Source: Spirochaetia bacterium (GTDB taxonomy: Bacteria; Spirochaetota; Spirochaetia; SZUA-6; Bin103). From it: a stretch of 64,000 nucleotides of DNA. Of this stretch, positions 47,701 to 55,487 are shown piece after piece (position 1 is the stretch's first letter; each line of letters begins with the position of its first letter). The stretch covers positions 288,001 through 352,000 of the forward strand of contig CBDAOI010000002.1 in the NCBI GenBank assembly GCA_965198005.1, in the 5' to 3' direction. Under the pieces are notes generated by a model. The model worked only from the letters and a program-made list of their open reading frames with translations. It was not told where the DNA came from and did not search any database. The position numbers were made by a program, and so were the translations under genes.

Positions 47701-48630
47701 GGCGACGCCGACGAAGTAGGCGAACTGCTTGGTGAGCAGCACCGAGAGCTTGATCTGGTTCAGCAGCGTAGCGTCGCGGATCGGCGCGCCGGAGCGATCG
47801 ACCACGTCCACGGTATCCTCGACGCGGCCGGCGACGGTGCGGATCCGCAGCCGTTGAATCGCGACCCCGCGCAGCGCGAGCGCGGCGCTGAAGCTGTAGA
47901 GGAACAGCGGCGTGTCCTGGGAGACGATGCGCATGCGGGTCACCGCCCCGCCGGCGGTCACCGCCGCGGGGTTGCCGATCGTGATTTCAACCGGGTACAG
48001 AGTCGGCGGCGCCGACCAGGTGCGGCGAATCCGCTCCGCCACCAGTTCGCTGACCCGCCGGCGGGCCGCGTCCCGGGCCCCGCGCTCCAGATCGGAAGCG
48101 ACCGCCAGCAGCCGTTGCTCCAGTTGTTGCCGCCACTCGGCCGTGCTCAGCACCCGCGCCTCCGGCGTCTCGCGCCGCCCGTGGAAACAGTCGATCAGCA
48201 TGCGGCGCCCTGCGCCCGGCCGCGGCCCCACGACACGGCGCCGCGCACCCGGACGCCGGCGCGCGCGCATCCCGCTCGGTGCGGTCTCGGTGGCGGGCGC
48301 CGGCCCGTAGGTGTGGGCGGTCCCGCGGTCGATGGCGAACCCGGCCGCCGCCAGCACCCCCGTAATCAGCGAGAAGGCGCCGGGGTAGTCGTAGCCGACA
48401 ATCGTGCAACCGAGCGTCCCGGCTTCGCCGCCGGTCTCGGCGACGGCAACCGCCAGCGGCCGGCGCTCATGCAGCCGGCTCAGCCCGCGGATGTGTCCGG
48501 CCACCTCCGGCAGCGAAAACTCGTCGAAGTAATCGTCGCCGAGACGTGCCAGATGCCGATCGATGAAGTACTCGTCGACTCCGGCCAACTCGTTGCGGAG
48601 TTGCTCCCTGTCTCGCGCCGACGCAGTCAC
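44779..48630 (-). CDS. glnE: GlnE-like glutamine synthetase adenylyltransferase/adenylyl-removing enzyme with N-terminal GlnD-like ACT domains
   Basis: Two NTase motifs GKMGGRALGYASDVE and GKLGAEELNYSSDID, each followed by VDxRLRPYG; N-terminal DYPGAFSLITGVL and DTPLFLYSFS ACT-like motifs; start approximate. Confidence 0.88.
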   Translation of the reverse strand: MTASARDREQLRNELAGVDEYFIDRHLARLGDDYFDEFSLPEVAGHIRGLSRLHERRPLAVAVAETGGEAGTLGCTIVGYDYPGAFSLITGVLAAAGFAIDRGTAHTYGPAPATETAPSGMRARRRPGARRRVVGPRPGAGRRMLIDCFHGRRETPEARVLSTAEWRQQLEQRLLAVASDLERGARDAARRRVSELVAERIRRTWSAPPTLYPVEITIGNPAAVTAGGAVTRMRIVSQDTPLFLYSFSAALALRGVAIQRLRIRTVAGRVEDTVDVVDRSGAPIRDATLLNQIKLSVLLTKQFAYFVGVAPDPYAALMRFEQLTERMLELPEAGRLPDLLADPRIMRELAVLLGSSDYLWEDFVRSQFETLLPLLEPQATHRFTDPATVAARLRAAVDAAATADEKVATLNRFKDREAFLIDLEHILGPGWGVRTLAGRLTELADCVLAGALELAAAALRPQFGVPQTVGGIDTRLAVMGLGKMGGRALGYASDVELMFVYSDQGRTTGPRRVGNAEYYEQLVRATTARISARRAGIFEVDLRLRPYGAAGPRAVSLESFTRYYGPGGAALAYERLALLRLRAVAGDPALGARLERLRDQFVYAAGAVALEQVHRMRRRQVAEYDAATRLNAKFSPGTLVDVEYAVQMLQVRYGETNRELRSSSVHQALDGLAQAGLLAAEEAEQIQGAYGFFRLLINALRMLRGSARDLYLPPAHAPEYGHLARRMGYREADGLAPAQQLRLELETRRAAVRRFIDTRLGRGSLGSDTITGLADLVLSLPPADTARAAADAAPATVLRRLGFAQPERAAGNVIRLARRAPDRTEFARLAVLAGDTLALQPDPDRALNNWERFAAALDDPGRHFRTLLRQPTRLELLLRIFATSQFLADALVRGPELFDWVTEEPERLHGRRRLQDVALELEAAAGGAPDRTAWLRRLRALRRREILRIAIRDFCLEAPVTDVMADLSTVAEAFVDAALTALTRQPEQPALGERTCILALGKLGAEELNYSSDIDLVALYDDRGLGAAAGAELSQAVSALARGLREVLSSHPEESAAYRVDWRLRPYGSSGELAHSLRALVAYYGGPANDWEVQALLRMRPVGGNRALGNALLEQTQAAFARFGDDPASRAARVFGSIRRMRALALAHKARLGQGRDVKSGIGGLREIEFLVQGLQLVHLPRIPHLQCGNTLEALGRLQRAAVLDTATAGHLRDDYLFLRRLEHFLQVLEDRQVHALPTSRTALTTLARHLLGTGATVPAFEQRVAEVTTRVHAAYCRVAGSD

Positions 48631-48683
48631 CGGTCCCGATGCTACCACCACATCGGGGCCGGTGTATCGCCAGGGCGCGCGCG

Positions 48684-50105
48684 TCAGATGTCGTAGTACA
48701 TCGCGAATTCCCACGGATGCGGCCGCAGGTCCAACGCGGTTACCTCGTTCTCCATCTTGTAATCGATCCAGGTCTCCAGCACGTCCTCGGTGAACACGTC
48801 GCCCTTGAGCAGGAACTCGTGGTCGTCGCGCAGCGCCTCGAGCGCCTCGCGCAGCGAGCCGGGCGTGGTGTTGACCTTGGCCAACTCCTCGGGCGGCAGG
48901 TCGTAGAGGTCGCGGTCGAGTGGGTCGCCGGGGTGGATCTTGTTGGTGATGCCGTCGATCGCGGCCATCAGCATCGCCGCGAACCCGAGATAGGGGTTGG
49001 AGGAGGCATCCGGGCAGCGGAACTCGATGCGCTTCGCCTTGGGGGAGGTGGAGTACATGGGCAGCCGTATCGCCGCGCTGCGGTTGCGGCGCGAGTAGGC
49101 CAGATTCACCGGCGCCTCGAAGCCCGGCACCAGCCGCTTGAAGCTGTTGGTGGTCGGGTTGGTGAAGGCGATGATCGCCGCCGCGTGGGCCAGCAGGCCG
49201 CCGATGGCGTACAACGCCATCTCCGACATCCCGGCGTAGCCGTCGCCGGCGAACAGGTTGCTGCCGTCCTTCCACAGCGAGATGTGGGTGTGCATGCCGC
49301 TGCCGTTGTCCCCGAACAACGGCTTGGGCATGAAGGTGGCGGTCTTGTTGTAGCGCCGGGCGGTGTTCTTGACCACGTACTTGTACTTGAGCATGTTGTC
49401 GGCCATGGTCACCAGGGGCGCGAACCGCATGTCGATCTCACCCTGGCCGGCGGTGGCCACCTCGTGGTGCTGCGCCTCGATCAGGACCCCGATGCTCTCC
49501 AGCGTCAGCATCATCTCGCTGCGCAGATCCTGCAGGCTGTCGGTGGGCGGTACCGGGAAGTAGCCCTCCTTGTAGCGCGGCTTGTAGCCGAGGTTGGGGT
49601 TCTCGTCGCGGCCCGAGTTCCAGCGCCCCTCTTCCGAGTCGATGTGGTAGTAGCCTTCGTGCTCGTTCTGGTCGAAGCGCACGTCGTCGAACACGAAGAA
49701 CTCCGCCTCCGGCCCGTAGTAGGCCACGTCCGCCAAGCCCGACGAGCGCAGGTAGCCCTCCGCCTTGCGCGCGATGTTGCGCGGATCGCGGGTATAGTCC
49801 TCGCCGGTCACCGGATCGGAGATGTTGCAGATCAGGACGATCGTCTTGCGCGCCAGAAACGGATCGATGAAGCCGGTCTCGGGCACCGGCTTGACCAGCA
49901 TGTCCGATTCGTTGATCGACTGCCAGCCGCGGATGCTGGAGCCGTCGAAGCCCAGGCCGGCGGCGAAGTCGTCCTCCGACAGCTCGCGCGCCGGGATCGA
50001 GAAGTGCTGCCACAAGCCGGGAAAGTCCATGAAGCGCAGGTCAACGACCTCCACTCCCTCGTCGGCGATCAGCTTGAGCACGTCGCCAGGGGTTTTCAGT
50101 GTCAC
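48684..50105 (-). CDS. glnA: Glutamine synthetase type I-beta
   Basis: [36 protein letters not shown], adenylylation loop [19 protein letters not shown] before GTG. Confidence 0.98.
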   Translation of the reverse strand: MTLKTPGDVLKLIADEGVEVVDLRFMDFPGLWQHFSIPARELSEDDFAAGLGFDGSSIRGWQSINESDMLVKPVPETGFIDPFLARKTIVLICNISDPVTGEDYTRDPRNIARKAEGYLRSSGLADVAYYGPEAEFFVFDDVRFDQNEHEGYYHIDSEEGRWNSGRDENPNLGYKPRYKEGYFPVPPTDSLQDLRSEMMLTLESIGVLIEAQHHEVATAGQGEIDMRFAPLVTMADNMLKYKYVVKNTARRYNKTATFMPKPLFGDNGSGMHTHISLWKDGSNLFAGDGYAGMSEMALYAIGGLLAHAAAIIAFTNPTTNSFKRLVPGFEAPVNLAYSRRNRSAAIRLPMYSTSPKAKRIEFRCPDASSNPYLGFAAMLMAAIDGITNKIHPGDPLDRDLYDLPPEELAKVNTTPGSLREALEALRDDHEFLLKGDVFTEDVLETWIDYKMENEVTALDLRPHPWEFAMYYDI

Positions 50106-50146
50106 GGGTTCCTCCTCATGAATAGCTATCGTGTCACGGTTGCGAA

Positions 50147-50163
50147 AGCAAGAACCGTGCCAT
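50147..50163 (-). promoter_or_regulatory. sigma54 -24/-12 promoter of glnA-glnE
   Basis: Minus strand ATGGCACGGTTCTTGCT matches TGGCAC-N5-TTGC. Confidence 0.9.
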
Positions 50164-50205
50164 ATCCAAAGCTGGCGCTCCGGCGGCAGCAACGGCGGCA
50201 GAGTA

Positions 50206-50250
50206 CCACATTTTCGTAGGCTCGTGCCGATCCATCCTACCTGACGGTCT
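50206..50250. promoter_or_regulatory. Tandem upstream activator boxes for glnA
   Basis: CCAC-ATTTTC-GTAG (50206-50219) and degenerate CTAC-CTGACG-GTCT (50237-50250), 31 bp apart. Confidence 0.6.
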
Positions 50251-50287
50251 GTTGCTCATGCGCCCCGGCACGTGTTATACCGTGGGC

Positions 50288-50713
50288 GTGGCGAACCTAT
50301 CAAGGACCCTTGCGTTAATCAAAGCCGATGCCTTCGGACGCAACCTGACCGGCAAGATCATCGACGCGGCGCTCGACGCCGGACTGGCGATCGTGGCCCT
50401 CAAGAGCGTCAACCTCAACCGCGCCCAGTCCGAGACGTTCTACGCGGTGCACCGCGCCCGCCCCTTTTTCGCCGACCTGGTGACCTTCATGACCTCCGGC
50501 CCCACCGTGGCCCTGGTGCTCGAGGGCCCGGACGCGGTTGCCACTTGGCGTCGCGCCATGGGCGCCACCGACCCGGCCGAGGCGGACGCCGCCACGATCC
50601 GCCGCCGGTTCGGCGAATCGATCGAGCGCAACTGCTGCCACGGCTCCGACTCCGACGCCAACGCCGCCTTCGAGATCGGCTGCTTCTTCAGCGGCGAGGA
50701 GCTGCTGCGCTGA
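50288..50713 (+). CDS. ndk: Nucleoside diphosphate kinase
   Basis: RTLALIKAD, FYAVH..RPFF, MTSGP, MGATDP, NCCHGSDS. Confidence 0.96.
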   Translation: MANLSRTLALIKADAFGRNLTGKIIDAALDAGLAIVALKSVNLNRAQSETFYAVHRARPFFADLVTFMTSGPTVALVLEGPDAVATWRRAMGATDPAEADAATIRRRFGESIERNCCHGSDSDANAAFEIGCFFSGEELLR

Positions 50714-50798
50714 CCCGTAGCCCACGCTCGGCCCCGGATGAACGCACCTGTCCTTGCCTTGCCAGACGGGAAAACGGTTTGGATGGAGATGACGACCA

Positions 50799-51886
50799 AT
50801 GTTCCATGTAGATAGATCCGCGAAACGCATGATCAAGCTTCAGACGAGACGCTTTTCCGATCTCGGTCTACGGGAGCGTGTCGACCTTCAGGAGTGGCTC
50901 GAGGGTACGCCCGAGGCACTCGGCGAAGATCTCTTGATCATCCAAAAGGAATTCGACGGCTTTGCCGACACGCGTGAACGACTCGACCTGTTGGCGCTCG
51001 ACAAAGCCGGGAAGCTCGTGTCATCGAACAAACTCGACGACACCGGCCGCGATGTGGTTTGGCAAGCGATCAAATACGCCGCCTACTGCTCCAACCTGAA
51101 TAAGACCGAGATCGTCCGGTACCTTGACCGCAAGCACGTCGGCGAGAATGCCGAGACAAAGATCAGAATTCCTCGATGAGGATACACTCGACGAGATCGT
51201 TCTCAACGCGAGCAACGATCAACGAATAATGCTCATCGCCGGACTTTCGCAAGGAAGCGACGGCGAACGTACAGTGCTTCCGTGTTGTCCCCTACTGTTT
51301 CTGTGAAGAGATTCTCGTTGACCTTCGGCAGATTATCCCCACCCCGGAAGCCGAAGACTTCATGATCAGCATGGCGACCAAGGGGGCCGAGGAAAAGTCT
51401 ACGGAAGACGCTCAACGCCGAAGCCACAAGCTACGCTTGGCGTTCTGGGAGCAGGCGTTGGAGGCACTGCGTGCACGCGGCCTCCCGAAATATCAGAACA
51501 TAAGCCCCTCGAGGGAACACTGGCTGAACTGCGGCACCGGCGTGTCTGGTTGTTACTACGCTCTGATTGTTCTGAAGCAAGAAGCACGCGTCGAATTGAC
51601 TCTGCAACGGGCCAACACGAAAGAAAACAAGTGGCTATTCGATAAGCTGGAAGAAAAACAGGAAGCGCTTGAGAGCGACTTTGGGGAAGCCCTGGAGTGG
51701 AAACGCATGCCAGACAAGAAGTCGAGCAAGATCCAACTAGCGCGGCTATGCGACGGCTACGATAGGGACGAATGGCCCGCGATTATTGAGTGGTTGGGAG
51801 ATCGCGTCAGTCGGCTCGCAAAGACATTCGATGAACATCTTGAACGCTTGAAGCGGGAGTTGAAGGCGACTACGGGGGCTTCGTAG
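50799..51886 (+). pseudogene. Frameshifted PD-(D/E)XK (NucS-like) + DUF4268 protein
   Basis: ERxDLQEW..P..LGEDLLIIQKEF..ERLDLLALDK, a damaged ENK motif (LVSSNK), several frame jumps at 51120-51360; the C-terminal DUF4268-like part (FWEQ..SPSREHWL..ARVEL..LEW) is intact. Confidence 0.75.
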
Positions 51887-52511
51887 GGTGCCGCGGAAAC
51901 CAACGGCGCAGCGTGTTCTTGAATTCATTGAAGGCCGGATCCTGGCAGCGGTCAAAGTCAACGGCTTTCGCGAGTTCCGAGAACATGCGAGCGGATCGTT
52001 GGACACGTCCGCGCCGCAGCGCTTCCAACATCGCCTTCTTCGGTCGTGTCGGTTTCGCGTCACTCGACGGCCATAATCCCTCGATTGCCAGCCATCGTCG
52101 CAATTCACGGTAGCGCCCGCCCCAACCCAATACCTGCGGGACTGCTGGGGAGTCGCTCCACACCCACAATTCAAGTTCGGGTTCGATTACGATGACGCTC
52201 GCACGGGTCCCCCATCCGTTGCGTGCGAGCCGTTGCTCCAGATCCCGCTGGATGTGTGCTCTGGGAAGCGTGCTCCCACAACCATGATGATCGAATATGA
52301 CCATCACGTATCGATACTTCCCGAGATACGGCCTCAGATACTCCACCGCGTCACTGCGGCAACCGCTGTCTCGGTTCACGTGTCGCTCAATATCAGATTC
52401 TATCTCGCTGATACCAAGATCCTGCGCACGTGACAGCAATCCGTCAACGGCGTTCGCCAACTCCAAGTCGGCGGCCAGTATGAAAAGATCCTTGGGGCTC
52501 GTGTTGATCAT
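51870..52511 (-). CDS. Mad4-like / TOPRIM-like partner of an ABC-type ATPase
   Basis: KDLFILAAD, H..RDSGC, VIFDHHG, VIEPELELWVW, C.DPAF; ATGA-coupled to the ATPase. Confidence 0.65.
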   Translation of the reverse strand: MINTSPKDLFILAADLELANAVDGLLSRAQDLGISEIESDIERHVNRDSGCRSDAVEYLRPYLGKYRYVMVIFDHHGCGSTLPRAHIQRDLEQRLARNGWGTRASVIVIEPELELWVWSDSPAVPQVLGWGGRYRELRRWLAIEGLWPSSDAKPTRPKKAMLEALRRGRVQRSARMFSELAKAVDFDRCQDPAFNEFKNTLRRWFPRHPTKPP

Positions 52512-53776
52512 CCAATGACGCCGGAGGCGAACAGCACTTCCATGTTCGGTGAGCCCTGCCAATCTCTAAGTCGCGGATGCGAATTGCCCGCTACGATGTC
52601 GGTTGCTCCGTCGGAATCCTTTGCGAAACAAAGAGCCTCTTCCAAATCCGCCATCCTGAGCACAACCGGGGAGTGGGTAGCAAGGAGAACCTGCGACTCG
52701 TAGACCGAAGTGAGTGACTGGAACACGCAATCTACCGCCAGTGGATGGATTCCATTCTCGGGTTCTTCCAAAATGTATATCTCATCCGATCCGGGCAAAT
52801 AGGCCGGGAGCGTCAGTGCCAACAATCTGAGCGTGCCGTCGGACGCCATCCACGACGGAACCTCCACGCCCGACCTGTAACGAAGCCGCAGATACGCGTG
52901 GCGGTCATCTTCGCGCTCCACGACGCCGACGTAGTCCAGTTCGGAGAGCGTCGTTTGCACGTGTGACAACCACTGCCGGTAGGACTCCGGATGCTCTCTT
53001 TCGAGCTTCTTGATCACCCATGGGAGGTTTGATCCATCCTGTGCGATGCCGTCTTCACGCTTTGCCGGTGGACTCGCTTCGCGCATCCGAAGGCTGTCAA
53101 GAAAGAACGACTTTATCGAGCTTCCCAGTAGCTTCTTCACGTAGGTCGAGACTGGGAAACTCGTTGGTGATTCAGGGAGATTCCCGAGAGCCGAGCGGCG
53201 ATGCCCGAACGCGATACTCGTCGCCCATCCCTTCCCCGACTTGGAGGACGTCTCGAGGTTGAAATTGTCCTTGGCCTGACTCGACTTGCTCAATATGGTG
53301 CGCCATCCCCGCCGGTTTCCGCCGACCAGTATGGACGATGGAGGTTGCATTGGTTCGGGAAAGAGTTCGCGCTGGGCTGGCTCTTGTGATTCTCGCACAG
53401 GCGTCAGTATACCACGTTCCGAGTCGATTCTTATGTCACCACCGGTCTCTGTTATCGCTACTTCGTAGCGGAAAACGCGATAGTCTCGTTCCGGCGGCAA
53501 CAGTTCCCGGAGGTCTTCCGGGATGTCGAACTCTACCGCGAGCTCGAAGCCCAGACGGTCCCTCGGCCGCCCCCATACCAAATCCTGAAAATTGCTTGTG
53601 CGGCTGTCGACGGCTTTCTCAAGCCCTGTGGACACCAAGTCCCCGAGGAAGGCAATGACATCAAACAGCGTGCTCTTGCCGCTTGCGTTGGGGCCTACGA
53701 GGACGTGGAAACGATCGAGCTCGACATCCACGTACCGCAAACAGCGGTAGTTGAGGGCCTGGAGGCGCCGGATCAT
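52508..53776 (-). CDS. AAA_21/ABC-type ATPase (Mad3-like)
   Basis: NYRCL, Walker A GPNASGKST, signature SDGTLR, Walker B EEPENGIHP, ATHSP. Confidence 0.85.
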   Translation of the reverse strand: MIRRLQALNYRCLRYVDVELDRFHVLVGPNASGKSTLFDVIAFLGDLVSTGLEKAVDSRTSNFQDLVWGRPRDRLGFELAVEFDIPEDLRELLPPERDYRVFRYEVAITETGGDIRIDSERGILTPVRESQEPAQRELFPEPMQPPSSILVGGNRRGWRTILSKSSQAKDNFNLETSSKSGKGWATSIAFGHRRSALGNLPESPTSFPVSTYVKKLLGSSIKSFFLDSLRMREASPPAKREDGIAQDGSNLPWVIKKLEREHPESYRQWLSHVQTTLSELDYVGVVEREDDRHAYLRLRYRSGVEVPSWMASDGTLRLLALTLPAYLPGSDEIYILEEPENGIHPLAVDCVFQSLTSVYESQVLLATHSPVVLRMADLEEALCFAKDSDGATDIVAGNSHPRLRDWQGSPNMEVLFASGVIG

Positions 53777-53889
53777 GGTACAGCCTCAACACTACCACAG
53801 ATGCGGAGCGTCAAGAATCGAGGAGCGGCGCCAGCGGAATTGCCGGAGACTCACGAGCACACGAGCACGGCACGCGGTATACTGACGGC

Positions 53890-54525
53890 ATGGTGGCAAC
53901 GAAGCACCCCACCCTGGCTGCGTCGGCCACACAGGACGCGCTGGCATCCCTCTTGAGCGACGTCCTGCCAAAGCAGGGAGCCTGGAGCGACGATGCCTAC
54001 CTGTGGCTCACCGACCACGGAAACCGTCTGATCGAGTTCACCGACGGCCACCTCGAGGAATTGCCGATGCCCACCTCCAGCCATCAACTGGTCCTGCTGT
54101 TCCTCTACGACCTGTTCCACACCTACCTGAAGCCTCGCGGCGGGGTCGTGCTGGTGGCCGCGTTGCGCATGCGCATCCGCGCGGGCAAGTTCCGCGAACC
54201 CGACCTGTTGCTGCTCCTGGACCGCACCGACTCCCGCTTCCGGAACCGCTACTGGCAGGGCGCGGACCTGGTGGTTGAGGTCGTCAGCCCCGACAACCCC
54301 GGGCGCGACCTCGTGGAGAAGCGGGTCGACTACGCCGAGGCGGGCATCCCGGAGTATTGGATCGCGGACCCGCGCGACCAGACCATCACCGTGCTCACGC
54401 TCAGGGGCGACGAGTACGTCGAGCATGGCGTGTACTCCCGCGGCGGTGCGGCGAGGTCGCTGTTGCTCGACGGCTTCTCCGCCGACGTTGCCTCCGTGTT
54501 CGACGCCGCGGAGTCCGGCACGTAA
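53890..54525 (+). CDS. Uma2-family PD-(D/E)XK endonuclease-like protein
   Basis: IEFTDG, HQ, REPDL, DLVVEVVSP, DLVEKR.DYAEAGIPEYWIADP. Confidence 0.92.
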   Translation: MVATKHPTLAASATQDALASLLSDVLPKQGAWSDDAYLWLTDHGNRLIEFTDGHLEELPMPTSSHQLVLLFLYDLFHTYLKPRGGVVLVAALRMRIRAGKFREPDLLLLLDRTDSRFRNRYWQGADLVVEVVSPDNPGRDLVEKRVDYAEAGIPEYWIADPRDQTITVLTLRGDEYVEHGVYSRGGAARSLLLDGFSADVASVFDAAESGT

Positions 54526-54535
54526 GGAGGGTCGT

Positions 54536-55486
54536 TCACCCGGTCACCGCGGCGCGTTGGGCCAACACGAATCCGGTGAGGGCGTCGAGCGCGGTGCGTG
54601 CCTCGGAGTCGGGCAGAGCCGCGAGCGCGGCCTGCGCCCGGGCACCGTGGGCGCGGGCGCGGGCAGCCGGGGCCAGACCGTTGGTGGCGGGGGCGTCCTG
54701 GTCCATCTGGTCGTCCATCAACTGGAAGGCGAGCCCGAACTGGAGACCGAACTCGCCAGCGGTCGTGATCTGGGGCTCGGTGCCGCCACCGACCAGGGCG
54801 CCGGCGGCACAGCAGGCGGACATCAGCGCGGCGGTCTTGCTGCGGATGATCGCCAGGTAGTCGTCGATGGTGACCTCCAGCTCGTAGCGCTTGGCGCCGT
54901 GCTGAAAGATCTCACCCTGGCTCATGGTCTTGGTGACGGCACAGAACACCTGCACCAGCCGCAGCCGTTGCGCGGCCGGCAATGGCAGCTCCGCGATCAG
55001 CGTGAAGAACTGGGAGTAGAGCACGTCGCCCACCAGCACGGCGATGGCGGTGCCGAACTCGCGGTAGAGCGCCGCGTGCGCGCGCCGGGTCAGCGCGCGA
55101 TCGATGATGTCGTCGTGAATCAGCGACGCCGCGTGCACCAGCTCGGCCGCCACCGCCATGCCGAGGAGCGGCGGCGGGGCGCTCGCGCCGCCCCCGCCGG
55201 GGGCGCCCACCGCCTTGCCGGCGAGCAGCACCAGCGCTGGGCGCAGCAACTTGCCGCGCATGGCGCTGAGCGTGGCGATTACCTCCCTGAGGTACGCGTG
55301 CCGCTCGATCAGCTTGTCGTGCTGCTCGGCGAGCGACCGGATCTGGCGCTCCAGCCCGGCCTCCACGCGCCGCAGGTCCGCCGCAATCGGGCGGTAGATC
55401 CGGGCGAGCGCGGCGGAGCGGTCGCCCTGCGCGGCGTCCGAAGTTCCGGCCGCGGCGGCGGGGGTGGTCGAACGCGGCGCAGCCAG
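54536..55486 (-). CDS. Polyprenyl diphosphate synthase family protein (short C-terminus; start uncertain)
   Basis: GKLLRP, HAASLIHDDIID..RR (FARM), GD, GE, KTA, AFQLMDD (SARM). Homology extends upstream of the GTG at 55366 (IYRPIAADLRRVE). Confidence 0.85.
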   Translation of the reverse strand: MAAPRSTTPAAAAGTSDAAQGDRSAALARIYRPIAADLRRVEAGLERQIRSLAEQHDKLIERHAYLREVIATLSAMRGKLLRPALVLLAGKAVGAPGGGGASAPPPLLGMAVAAELVHAASLIHDDIIDRALTRRAHAALYREFGTAIAVLVGDVLYSQFFTLIAELPLPAAQRLRLVQVFCAVTKTMSQGEIFQHGAKRYELEVTIDDYLAIIRSKTAALMSACCAAGALVGGGTEPQITTAGEFGLQFGLAFQLMDDQMDQDAPATNGLAPAARARAHGARAQAALAALPDSEARTALDALTGFVLAQRAAVTG

Positions 55487-55487
55487 A

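Noticed and set aside
45187-48696. 1169-aa + strand ORF (likewise 2922-5759, 7674-10376, 48639-50219)
   Set aside because: Shadow or alternative frames over glnE, recG, dnaE and glnA; no recognisable domains.
48631-49275. N-terminal extension of GlnE / possible GlnA-GlnE fusion
   Set aside because: Overlaps glnA in a different frame; glnA has its own stop at 48684 and the extension is Arg-rich noise.
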